The notes below the pieces were generated by a model, which did no database searches, was not told where the DNA came from, and saw only the letters and a list, made by a program, of their open reading frames with translations. Position numbers and translations under genes: made by a program. Of a DNA stretch of 64,000 nucleotides, positions 1-10,997 are shown one piece after another. Position 1 is the stretch's first letter; every line of letters starts with the position of its first letter. The stretch lies in contig CAWESO010000019.1 of NCBI GenBank assembly GCA_963811775.1, positions 122,819-186,818 on the forward strand, given 5' to 3'. Source of the stretch: an uncultured Acidimicrobiales bacterium. GTDB lineage: Bacteria > Actinomycetota > Acidimicrobiia > Acidimicrobiales > UBA8190.

Positions 1-521
1 GCCCGCATGGCGAGGCCCCACGGAGAGAAGCGGATGAACGCGGCCAGACCGAGAGCGACGACGGGCGCCACGACGAGCGTGACGACCTCTCCGGGCGGGA
101 AGAGGAACGTCCCGATGTGGAAGGACCAGTCGACGGGCACGGGAAAGGCCCGGAAGAGCTTCTTCGGGCGGATGAAGGGGAAGAGGGTGAAGAGGAACAG
201 CACCTGCGACAGGCCGATGGTGGCCACCATCACCATGACGCGCGGCCGGTTGAAGAGGCGGCGCAGGAGCAGCTCCGACAGCGCCCCGACCGCGGCGGCC
301 AACAGCAGGGCGGCGGCCAGCGCGGCCCAGTAGTTGATGCCGTAGTCGTAGTAGAGCTTGACCAGGAATACCGCGGCGACCACGCCCAGCTGGCCCTGGG
401 CGAAGTTGATCACCCGGTTGGTGCGGTAGATGAGGACGAGGCCCGTGGCCAAAAGGCCGTAGTTGAGGCCGAGGATGGCGCCCTCGATGACCACCGACGA
501 CGGGATCGACACCGCGATCAC
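1..521 (-). CDS. HAAT/LIV-type ABC transporter permease, LivH-like. Only the 5' part is present; the gene runs off the left window edge.
   Basis: Not in the ORF track because there is no stop in the window. My translation of the minus strand from GTG 521-519 reads VIAVSIPSSVVIEGAILGLNYGLLATGLVLIYRTNRVINFAQGQLGVVAAVFLVKLYYDYG... It has hydrophobic helices and the INFAQG motif typical of LivH/LivM permeases. The GTG overlaps the TGA (520-518) of the upstream ATPase (GTGA). Confidence 0.7.
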   Translation of the reverse strand, partial: MIAVSIPSSVVIEGAILGLNYGLLATGLVLIYRTNRVINFAQGQLGVVAAVFLVKLYYDYGINYWAALAAALLLAAAVGALSELLLRRLFNRPRVMVMVATIGLSQVLFLFTLFPFIRPKKLFRAFPVPVDWSFHIGTFLFPPGEVVTLVVAPVVALGLAAFIRFSPWGLAMR

Positions 522-1717
522 GCCGTTCCCCCGTCCTTTCCGTCTCCGTCCGCGGCCCTCGGGCTCTGTTCGTTCCCGCCGTTCCCGCCGTTCCCGCCGT
601 TCCCGCCCCCGCCCGGTCCGGCCACCCACAGGCCCTCGGCATGCGACGCCGGGGTGGTCGCAGGAGGGTCAGCGGCGCCGGAGGGTCTGGCCGCGGTGGT
701 CGGGCCCGGTGCCGCGCCGTCCGTCCCGCCCGGACCGCCCGTGCCGTCCGTCCCGCCCGGACCGCCCGTGCCGTCCGGACCGCCAGGACCGCCCGTGTCG
801 GCCGGTCCTGGGCCCGGGGCGTCGGGGTTGCCGGCGGTGGGTCGTGCGCGCGGCCCTCCTGGCGCCGGGGGCGTCGGCAAGACGAGGCCGGAGGCTCGCA
901 CCGTGGCACCGCCCGCCCCGGCCCCGTTGGCCCGGGTGGCGGCGGTAGCGCCGGTGGCGCCCGTGGACGAAGGATCGGCACCGGCCGCGGCGGTATGGGT
1001 GGCATCGGTGCCGAGCGCCGCGCCCACGCTGGCCAGGAACACGGGGCGAAGCAGGTCGTCGCGCGCCAGGAGATCGGTGATCGAACCATCGAAGCGAACC
1101 TCGCCGCGCTCGAGGAAGAAGGCGTGCTCGGCCAAGGTCATGGCGCGGTTCACGCTCTGCTCGACGAGGATCACGGTGGCCCCATCGGCGTTGACGCGCT
1201 TGACGATGTCCATGAGGCGCTCGACGGTCATGGGGGCGAGGCCGAACGCGAGCTCGTCGATCATGAGGAGGCGGGGTTTGCTCATCATGACGCGCGCCAG
1301 CGCCAGCATCTGCTGCTCGCCGCCCGACAACGTGCCCGCGGGCTGGTCGAGGCGGGGCTGCAACTCGGGGAACAGGCTGATGGCGTCGTCGAAGGCCGCC
1401 TTCGAGCGTGGCATCTCACGCCGGAACGAGTGGCCGCCGATGCGGAAGTTCTCCCGCACGCTCAGGCCGGGGAACGTCATCTTCCCCCCGACGAGCAGTG
1501 CCGCCCCGAGGTCGATGATCTGCTCGGGCTCGAGATAGGTGCAGTTGGCCCCGAAGATGCGGATGACCCCCCGGTGGGGGTGGTCCAGCCCGGCGACAGC
1601 CCGCAGCAGCGTGCTCTTGCCGGCCCCGTTCGTGCCCAGGAGCGCCACGATGTCGCCTTCGGGAACCTCGAGGTTGATGTCGAAGAGCACCTGCTGGTTG
1701 CCATAGTAGAAGTCCAT
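518..1717 (-). CDS. ABC transporter ATP-binding protein, LivF-like, with a ~165-aa Gly/Pro/Thr-rich C-terminal tail
   Basis: ORF track, 399 aa. Walker A GTNGAGKST, signature LSGGEQQML, Walker B LLMIDE. The NBD ends near RPVFLASVG and the rest is low complexity. The first beta-strand (..PALQIHN) lies upstream of the ATG in the same frame, so the true 5' end is probably further upstream (see finding at 1744-1750). Confidence 0.85.
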   Translation of the reverse strand: MDFYYGNQQVLFDINLEVPEGDIVALLGTNGAGKSTLLRAVAGLDHPHRGVIRIFGANCTYLEPEQIIDLGAALLVGGKMTFPGLSVRENFRIGGHSFRREMPRSKAAFDDAISLFPELQPRLDQPAGTLSGGEQQMLALARVMMSKPRLLMIDELAFGLAPMTVERLMDIVKRVNADGATVILVEQSVNRAMTLAEHAFFLERGEVRFDGSITDLLARDDLLRPVFLASVGAALGTDATHTAAAGADPSSTGATGATAATRANGAGAGGATVRASGLVLPTPPAPGGPRARPTAGNPDAPGPGPADTGGPGGPDGTGGPGGTDGTGGPGGTDGAAPGPTTAARPSGAADPPATTPASHAEGLWVAGPGGGGNGGNGGNGGNEQSPRAADGDGKDGGTA

Positions 1718-3234
1718 GTTGTGGATCTGCAGGGCCGGGATCTCCCCCCCGCCTTGCGGCGCTTCCCCTCGGCGTAGCGCTCGAGGACGTCCTCGATCAC
1801 GAGCGTGATGTCACCGCGCACGAAGCGCGAGCCCACGAGCAGGAGCACGCCGCCCACGGCGCATACCGGTCCGATCAAGGTGAGCGCGGTCGTGACGTTC
1901 GAGGCGTCGCTGATGGCGCCGAGCAGGATCCCGCCGGCGAAGCCGCCGAAGACCAAGGCGTAGACGCCGAAGAGCCCGAAGCAGATGGCCCGCATCTCCG
2001 GTGGGGCCGTCGCCGCCAGGGTCTGGAAGATGCAGATGGACAGCGGCGCCACCGCCGATTGCGCCAGGAATTGCAGGACGACCACCATCCACAGATGGGG
2101 CATGTACAGCGACAGGCTGTAGAGGCTGCCGAACACGGCGATGCAGACGCCGGCGACGACGAGGGGCTTCTCGGGGGCGCGCCGGAAGAGCTTGTCGCCC
2201 ACGACGAAGACCACCGGCAGCCCGAGGAACGACGACAGGCCGATGATCGAGAACACGTCGGCGCGGTGCGCCACCCCGAGGTGCCAGTGGCGCTGGAAGT
2301 ACAGCGAGCCGAACAGCGGGATGCCCGTGCCGGCGAACCCGAGGATGGCGACCGCCACGAGCTCGTAGTAGAGGGAGCGGATGCGCAGCAGGCGGGTGAC
2401 GGCCGAGCCCAGGAGGACCTTGGGGGCGTGCTCCTGCTCGGTCCCGATGTCCATCCCCGCGGCCTTCAGGATGTGACTCGACTCGTTGGCCCCCTTCTCC
2501 GGCTCCCGGATGAAGAAGATGGCCAGCGCCACGGGGACCCCGAGGACCGCCAGGGCCAGGGCCCAGCGCCAGTTGTGGGTCGCGGCGGCGATGTAGCCCA
2601 CGAGCAGGATCCCGATGGTCTGGGACACGGGGTCGTTCATGTTGTGCCAGGTGAAGACGCGCGCCCGGCCGTGGGTGGGATAGGCATCGGCCAGATAGGC
2701 GTTGTGCACCGTGTCGCTCGACCCCAGGCCGATGGCGGCGACCAGGTACAAGAACACGAACGGCCACACGTTGTGCACGAGGGCCATGAGCGGGACCGTG
2801 GCCGAGAAGATGAGCAGGGTGATGGCGGCCACGTTCTTGCGGCTGCCCCGGTCGGCGAACACCGCCACCGGCATCCCCCAGGCGATCTGGGCCACCGCGC
2901 CGACGAAGATCACCGCCCCCAGTCCGGCGTCGCTCAGGTGGAACGCGCTCTTGATCTCCGGGCCCAGGATGCCGATGCCGTTGACGACGGTGTCGGTGAC
3001 CATCGCCGCCACCGTGAGCAGGACCAGGGGTGCGAACCCGTGCTCGCGCAGGATGCCGATCAGCGGGGGAGGCTTGCCCTCGCCGGTGCCGGGCATGAGG
3101 GCCACATCGGCGACCGCCGCCTTGTCCCGGCTCTTGCTGACCGCGGCGGCGAGCAGCTCATCGGGGACCACGAAGTTGAACATGGGCTGTTCCCCATCGA
3201 ACATCGCCTGTTCCCCCACAAGCGGGTCGCCCAT
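1477..3234 (-). CDS. MFS transporter. About 495 aa are genuine. The last ~90 codons are out-of-frame read-through across the ATPase gene start.
   Basis: ORF track, 585 aa. About 12 hydrophobic helices and an MFS_1-like loop (ADRGSRKN). After ...VIEDVLERYAEGKRRKAGG the sequence becomes Arg/Ser/Thr-rich nonsense and overlaps 518..1717 in another frame. Confidence 0.8.
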   Translation of the reverse strand: MGDPLVGEQAMFDGEQPMFNFVVPDELLAAAVSKSRDKAAVADVALMPGTGEGKPPPLIGILREHGFAPLVLLTVAAMVTDTVVNGIGILGPEIKSAFHLSDAGLGAVIFVGAVAQIAWGMPVAVFADRGSRKNVAAITLLIFSATVPLMALVHNVWPFVFLYLVAAIGLGSSDTVHNAYLADAYPTHGRARVFTWHNMNDPVSQTIGILLVGYIAAATHNWRWALALAVLGVPVALAIFFIREPEKGANESSHILKAAGMDIGTEQEHAPKVLLGSAVTRLLRIRSLYYELVAVAILGFAGTGIPLFGSLYFQRHWHLGVAHRADVFSIIGLSSFLGLPVVFVVGDKLFRRAPEKPLVVAGVCIAVFGSLYSLSLYMPHLWMVVVLQFLAQSAVAPLSICIFQTLAATAPPEMRAICFGLFGVYALVFGGFAGGILLGAISDASNVTTALTLIGPVCAVGGVLLLVGSRFVRGDITLVIEDVLERYAEGKRRKAGGRSRPCRSTTWTSTMATSRCSSTSTSRFPKATSWRSWARTGPARARCCGLSPGWTTPTGGSSASSGPTAPISSPSRSSTSGRHCSSGGR

Positions 3235-3352
3235 AGCTGCGACACGCTAATCCCTGACGCAATCGTCAGAGACTTCGCGAGGGTCGAGCCGTCCGTCGGC
3301 CTTCGCCGGCGCAGGGCCGACGGTCCACCGGTCCTCGTCGACGCCGGACCGA

Positions 3353-4747
3353 TCAGGCCCGGTCCGGCTCCCCGGTCGCGGACGCGACCGTGAGCGGGCC
3401 GTAGGGGAGCACACCGAGCCGGGCGCCGCCGCCCGTGGCATCGAGAGCCTCAGCGACCGCATCCGTCACGTCTGCCACAGGCCGCAGGAAGGCGCCCCGG
3501 ACGTCGTCGTCGGTGAGGCCTTGGGTGTGAAGCCAGACGTCGGCCCGGCGCAGGACCCGGCCGAGGACCTGGGTCTGCCAGCGGTCCGTTTCCGACGGGC
3601 CCGTCGTCGCGTCGAGCGCGTCGGGGCCCGCGGCGCCGGCGAGCAGCCGCGCGAACGCGCCCCCGGCGGGCGTGCCGTCGGCGCACTCGGCCGCCATCAC
3701 GATGGTCCCGCCGGCGCGGACCACGCGCTCGGCCGCGGCCATGCCCTTCACGGCCTGGTACAGGTTGCGGTCGAGCGGATAGCCGCCGTTCGTGCTCAGC
3801 ACGACGTCGAAGGGCGCCCCCACCGTCTGCACCGACGTGCGCTCGACGAACCGGCACGCCGCGGCGTGCCCGGCCGGCAGCGGCCCGGCGAAGACCGCCG
3901 TCAGCTGGCGGCGCTGGTTGATGGCCACGTCGAGAGACAGCGCCGGCGGGGCCAGGGCCACCGCGGCGCGCACGAAGTCGTGGACGGGGTTGCCCTCGGT
4001 GACGAGCCAGGTGGCGTGCGGGTCCACGATGCGCCGGGGACTGTGCGCTTCGAGGATCGTCTCGAGTGCGGCCAGGCCCGGGCACGCCCCCTTGGGACCC
4101 CCGCTGAAGCCCGCGAAGAAATGGGGCTCGACGAAGCCGGTCAGGATTCGAAGGTCCGCTTCGACGTAGCGGCGGTCGATCCGTATGGGAACGCCGTCCA
4201 CCTCGCCGACCTCGACGTGGTCGGCCTCGGGCCCGTCGGCCTGGTGTTGACGCACGGTGTAGCGCCGTGCGATGTCCGGGCCCACGAGCTCGAGGACCTC
4301 CTCCGCCGTGGCGGCGCGATGGGTGCCGGTGGCGCACAGCAGGTCGACGCGGTCGGGACCGGCTCCCACCTGCTCGAGCTCGGCGAGCAGTGGGGGCAGG
4401 ACGGTGCGGTTGGGCATCGGTCTCGTGATGTCGGGGAACACCACCGCCACCCGCGGGCTTGGGCCCGCACCGTGACGCGCCACGGCGCGGGCGGCGTCCC
4501 GGACGAGTCGGGAGAGCGGCGGCCCCTCCACCGGCGCGCGCAGCGACTCGAGCACGGCGGCGGCCTCGTCGGGGAGGCCGGGCAATTCGGTGGCGGTGAC
4601 GACGACGGCGTCGTCGGGCACCGTGGCCACGATCCCGTCCCGGCCATAGGCCAATCGCACCTGTTTCACGTCGTGGCCCGCCCAGTCCGCATGGCCCGCC
4701 CAGTCCGCATGGCCCGCCCAGTCCGCATGGCCCGCCCGTTTCGCCAT
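3353..4747 (-). CDS. LarA-family nickel-pincer-cofactor-dependent 2-hydroxyacid racemase/epimerase (DUF2088). An alternative GTG start at 4669 is likely.
   Basis: This is the C-terminal 464 aa of the 601-aa ORF 3353..5158; the upstream part overlaps the kinase gene and is nonsense. VKQVRLAYGRDGIVATVPDD matches the usual LarA N-terminus. FVEPHFFAGFSGGPKG carries the Lys that tethers the NPN cofactor in L. plantarum LarA, with a His 16 residues later (ILEAHS). Confidence 0.8.
   Translation of the reverse strand: MAKRAGHADWAGHADWAGHADWAGHDVKQVRLAYGRDGIVATVPDDAVVVTATELPGLPDEAAAVLESLRAPVEGPPLSRLVRDAARAVARHGAGPSPRVAVVFPDITRPMPNRTVLPPLLAELEQVGAGPDRVDLLCATGTHRAATAEEVLELVGPDIARRYTVRQHQADGPEADHVEVGEVDGVPIRIDRRYVEADLRILTGFVEPHFFAGFSGGPKGACPGLAALETILEAHSPRRIVDPHATWLVTEGNPVHDFVRAAVALAPPALSLDVAINQRRQLTAVFAGPLPAGHAAACRFVERTSVQTVGAPFDVVLSTNGGYPLDRNLYQAVKGMAAAERVVRAGGTIVMAAECADGTPAGGAFARLLAGAAGPDALDATTGPSETDRWQTQVLGRVLRRADVWLHTQGLTDDDVRGAFLRPVADVTDAVAEALDATGGGARLGVLPYGPLTVASATGEPDRA
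4676..4729. repeat. 18-bp x3 perfect tandem repeat (gcccgcccagtccgcatg), plus a partial 4th copy reaching ~4737
   Basis: Read directly. On the minus strand it encodes (GHADWA)x3 if the ATG at 4747 is used. It is 5' UTR if the GTG at 4669 is used. Confidence 0.9.
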
Positions 4748-4808
4748 TTCATCGTTGCCATTGTCGCCGTTGTCGTCATCGCCGTCGTCGCCCTCTCGGT
4801 GTCTCGGG

Positions 4809-6362
4809 TCATGGAGCAAGGCCGATGACCGCGGCGGCCGCAGCATCGGCGCCGGGACGCAACGTCCGGTAGAGCGCCACCATCGCTGCCTCGGGCGTGA
4901 TCTCGGCGTCGACCGGGTCGAGACGGTCGAGATCGAGATGGTCGGGATCGAGGCCGCCTCTCTCGTCACCGATGGCGTGGGACACGAGCAGGGCGGCCCC
5001 AGCCGACGCCGCCTGGCCCGAACGGCGGTGCCGGGCCGGCAGCCCGGTGACGGCGGTGAGGACCTCGGTCCACAGCGGCATCGAGGCACCACCACCGCCG
5101 AGCATGAGGCCCACCGGGGCGACGGCACCTTTCCCTTGCGACCCCGCGGCTGCCTCAAGGCACCGGGTCACGTCCCACGCCACCGACTCCACGACGGCCC
5201 GCGTCATGTCCCCGACGTCGTGGGCGAGAGAAAGACCGACGAGGGCGCCACGTGCGGAGTCCCGCCACCACGGCGCCCGTGCCCCTCCGAACCAGGGGAG
5301 GACGACCGCTCCTTTGGCCCCCGGGGGGCTGGAGCGTGCCCGGTGCATGAGGGACTCGGCGTCGACTCCCGCCACGCCGGCCAGCCAACCGACGAGGGAC
5401 CCTGCCGCCGACAGGCCACCTTCGAGCAGCCATCCCTGGCGCGCGCCCCGGGTGACGATGAGGGCGTCGGGCACGCCATGGCCGAGGTCCGGCACGGGAA
5501 TCGACACGTTGGCGGTGGTCCCCCACGACACCATGGGCCACGACCCCGATGCGTCCGTGCCGAGGACCTCGCAGGAGCGGTCGCCGGCACCGATCACGAC
5601 GGGGATCCCGGCTCGCAGACCGAGCTCGCCCGCGGGGCCCTCGAGAAGCCCGCCCAACACCGTTTCCGAGGGTCGGGCCGACGGGAGAAGGTCGGCGACG
5701 GAGTCGACGAGCCCCGGGACGAGCGCGTCGGAATCCACCGCGGACCCCTGCGCGCCGTCGCTGCCGGCCAGCTCGGACAGCTCGGACAGCTCGGACAGCT
5801 CGAACAGTCCCGTGGCGGAGGCCAGTGTGTTGTCGGTGGCGACCTCTCCGGTGAGACGCCAGGCCAGAAGGTCCCGAGGGCCGAGCAACCACCGGGCGTC
5901 GGTGATCCTCTGTGGCTCGTGGCGCTCGAGCCATGTCACCTTGGCCGCCATCGAGCCGGCGTCGAGCGCCACACCGGTGCGTCGACGCACCGTCCGGGCG
6001 CCGTCGTCCCCGAAGGAGCGCGCGATGTCCTCGGCCTCTGTCCCCGCTCGCCGGTCGGACCACAACAGCGCGGGCCCGAGCGCCAGCCCTCCGGCGCTGA
6101 CGGGGACAAAGGTCTGGCGCGCCGCGGCGAAGCCGAGCGCCTCAACCGCCGCCAGCACCGCATCGGCCTGGCCACCGAGTGCGGAGCGGGCCGCGCCCAT
6201 GGCGGCCACCACCGAGTCCCACCACGAGGTCGGGTCCTGTTCGGCGCGGTTGTCGGGTCCGTAGTGGCAGTCGAGCGCGCTCCGGCCCGTGGCCACGGGG
6301 CCCTCGTCCCCCCACACCACCACCTTCGTGACGCTGGTCCCGAGATCGATGGTGAGGATCAC
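4809..6362 (-). CDS. FGGY-family carbohydrate kinase (xylulokinase-like)
   Basis: ORF track, 517 aa. N-terminal ILTIDLGTSVTKV (actin-fold phosphate-1 motif) and C-terminal MLGGGGASMPLW. The GTG start overlaps the aldolase-like stop... see next entry; more precisely, this gene's GTG start (6362-6360) overlaps the TGA of the upstream gene (GTGA). Confidence 0.85.
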   Translation of the reverse strand: MILTIDLGTSVTKVVVWGDEGPVATGRSALDCHYGPDNRAEQDPTSWWDSVVAAMGAARSALGGQADAVLAAVEALGFAAARQTFVPVSAGGLALGPALLWSDRRAGTEAEDIARSFGDDGARTVRRRTGVALDAGSMAAKVTWLERHEPQRITDARWLLGPRDLLAWRLTGEVATDNTLASATGLFELSELSELSELAGSDGAQGSAVDSDALVPGLVDSVADLLPSARPSETVLGGLLEGPAGELGLRAGIPVVIGAGDRSCEVLGTDASGSWPMVSWGTTANVSIPVPDLGHGVPDALIVTRGARQGWLLEGGLSAAGSLVGWLAGVAGVDAESLMHRARSSPPGAKGAVVLPWFGGARAPWWRDSARGALVGLSLAHDVGDMTRAVVESVAWDVTRCLEAAAGSQGKGAVAPVGLMLGGGGASMPLWTEVLTAVTGLPARHRRSGQAASAGAALLVSHAIGDERGGLDPDHLDLDRLDPVDAEITPEAAMVALYRTLRPGADAAAAAVIGLAP

Positions 6363-7276
6363 GCCGAGACGGAGCCCGCCGTGCCCGCGTCCGCGCCGGT
6401 GCCGGCGCGCACCGCGCCGGCGACGAGGCGCGCCATGGTGGCGGGCTCGGGGTCCTGGAAGACGACTCTCCCCACGGCCAGGCCGGCGGCCCCTCCAGCC
6501 ATGGCATCGCGGATCTCGTCCAGGACGAGCTCCCGCGATTCGCCCGCACCACCAGCACCACCCGCACCGCCCGCGCCGTCACCCGAAGCGGCGCGACGGG
6601 GACCACCGAGGAAGAGCACCGGAACCCCCACGCTGCCCACGATGCGCGCCACAGCGTCAATGCGTGCCGCGCCCGGCGCCACGTCGGGGACGGGCACCTT
6701 CAGGACCGGCGCGCCGAGGTCGTGGGCGACGACGGCGGCGAACACGATCGAGTCGGTGTCGCGCGCCACCTTGCCCGCGGTCCACGACAGGGGCTCGATG
6801 AGCGCGTCGAGACCCGACGACCGTGCCGATTCGAGCACCTTTCCCAACAGCTCCAGGGCGGGCGCGGTCAGGGGGTCGGCCATGTCGATGCGTGTCATGT
6901 GCTTGATGCCGGTCCAACCATCGGTCGAAGCCTGTTCGACGCTCGCCACGAGACGGTCGTCGAGCTCGAACGCGCTCCCCGCCAACCCGGTGCGGTTGAG
7001 GGAGAGATAAGTGCGGTGCCGGGCCTCGACCGCACCCGACGCGCGCAGGTCACGCAGGGGCTGGGTGGTGGCGAGGATGCCGTCGCAGAACTCGAGCGCG
7101 GCCGACAGCGACTGCAGGTACGGCGCGTAGGCCTCCACCGTGATCATGCCCCGGGCCCGGTGGTCGGCCGCCAGGATCACCGCCGGTGCGGCCAGGGGAC
7201 CGACGGGCCCGCGTCCCGCCCCGGGCCTCGGTGACGACGACGGCGACGACGACGGCGGCGGTGGCACCGACCTCAC
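6359..7276 (-). CDS. Class-I aldolase-like (beta/alpha)8 protein (DeoC/LacD/Cgl0159-like)
   Basis: ORF track, 305 aa. Contains VILAADHRARG and LKVPVP (candidate Schiff-base Lys strand), plus a Gly/Ala-rich insert. There are GTGA overlaps at both ends (7276/7273 and 6362/6359). Confidence 0.65.
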   Translation of the reverse strand: MRSVPPPPSSSPSSSPRPGAGRGPVGPLAAPAVILAADHRARGMITVEAYAPYLQSLSAALEFCDGILATTQPLRDLRASGAVEARHRTYLSLNRTGLAGSAFELDDRLVASVEQASTDGWTGIKHMTRIDMADPLTAPALELLGKVLESARSSGLDALIEPLSWTAGKVARDTDSIVFAAVVAHDLGAPVLKVPVPDVAPGAARIDAVARIVGSVGVPVLFLGGPRRAASGDGAGGAGGAGGAGESRELVLDEIRDAMAGGAAGLAVGRVVFQDPEPATMARLVAGAVRAGTGADAGTAGSVSA

Positions 7277-8169
7277 TCCGGCCCGGTCACTCCGGCCAGG
7301 TGGAGCACCACCTTGGCCAGCGCCGAGAAGTCCTCTCGCCCGTACCCCGCGGTCGACGCCGCCGTGAGGACTTGGCGGGAGGTGGCCGTGGTCGTCATGG
7401 GGACACCGGCGCGCGCCGCGTACGACAACGCCAGGTCGAGGTCCTTCGCCATGAGGTCGGTCATGAATCCTGGCTGCCAGCCGTTCGAGGCGGGACTGTC
7501 GGCGATGACGCCGGGAACGGGCAGCCGGGTGCGCACCGCGGTGCAGTCACCGGTCGAGTGCACGAGCACCTCGAGCAGCTTGGCCATGTCCACACCCGAG
7601 CGCACGGCCAGCGCGGTGGCCTCGGCCGTGGCCACCATCTGGGCTGCGTAGATGAGGTTGTTGCAGAGCTTCACGACCTGACCCATCCCCGGCCCGCCCA
7701 CGTGCACGATGAGGCCGGCCATGGGGTCGAGCGCGGCGCGGGCGTCCACGAGGGTGGTCGCGTCGCCGCCCACCATCAACGTGAGGGTTCCCTTGTTGGC
7801 CCCCACCGTGCCCCCTGACACGGGGGCGTCGAGGTAACGGGCGCCGGTCGCGGTGACCCGCGCGTGCTGGGCCCGCTCGACGTCGGGGTCGATGGTGGAG
7901 CAGTCCACGACGATCATGCCCGGCCCGAGCGCGGGGACCACGGCGTCGAGGACCTGCACGACGTCGGGGGAATTGGGGACACAGAGGATGAGGACCTCGC
8001 TGGCCCTGGCCACGTCGGTGACGGTGCCTCCGTCGATGGCGCCGAACGCCATCGCCTGGTCCACCGGTGGTCTGCTGCGCGACGCCACCGTGACCTGATG
8101 GCCTGCCGCCACGAGATTGCGGGTCATGGGCAGTCCCATGGCTCCGAGGCCGATGAAACCGAGCTTCAC
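7273..8169 (-). CDS. NAD(P)-dependent beta-hydroxyacid dehydrogenase (3-hydroxyisobutyrate / tartronate-semialdehyde reductase family)
   Basis: ORF track, 298 aa. Rossmann motif GFIGLGAMGLPM, plus DAPVSGG and KLCNN family motifs. Confidence 0.85.
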   Translation of the reverse strand: MKLGFIGLGAMGLPMTRNLVAAGHQVTVASRSRPPVDQAMAFGAIDGGTVTDVARASEVLILCVPNSPDVVQVLDAVVPALGPGMIVVDCSTIDPDVERAQHARVTATGARYLDAPVSGGTVGANKGTLTLMVGGDATTLVDARAALDPMAGLIVHVGGPGMGQVVKLCNNLIYAAQMVATAEATALAVRSGVDMAKLLEVLVHSTGDCTAVRTRLPVPGVIADSPASNGWQPGFMTDLMAKDLDLALSYAARAGVPMTTTATSRQVLTAASTAGYGREDFSALAKVVLHLAGVTGPE

Positions 8170-8264
8170 GAGGACCTCCGTTGTGATTGTCGGTCAGCGG
8201 TCATGCCGATCGAGGAGCAGGCGCATCGTCGATCGGCACGATCGTCGCTGGGCACGCGCGTCGA

Positions 8265-10921
<2,657 letters not shown>

Positions 10922-10997
10922 ACTGGGCGGTTCGCCCCTCGACGACGGCCGGTCCCCCACCGCAGCGGCGGCTCGGATACGCGGACATGATGAGGGG

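Noticed and set aside
117-1538. 473-aa plus-strand ORF (and 463..948, 641..1777) overlapping the ABC ATPase gene
   Set aside because: Pro/Arg/Gly/Ala-rich with no motifs, and antisense or out of frame to a gene with clear Walker/signature motifs. This is a typical long spurious ORF in ~70 % GC DNA.
2059-3393. 444-aa plus-strand ORF antisense to the MFS transporter
   Set aside because: Asp/Glu/Arg/Gly/His-rich low complexity, which is the mirror image of a hydrophobic membrane protein's codons. No recognisable domain.
4755-7010. 751-aa plus-strand ORF across the kinase and aldolase-like genes (also 4897..6264 and 3521..4828)
   Set aside because: Arg/Gly/Pro-rich nonsense. The opposite strand encodes FGGY and aldolase-like proteins with clear motifs.
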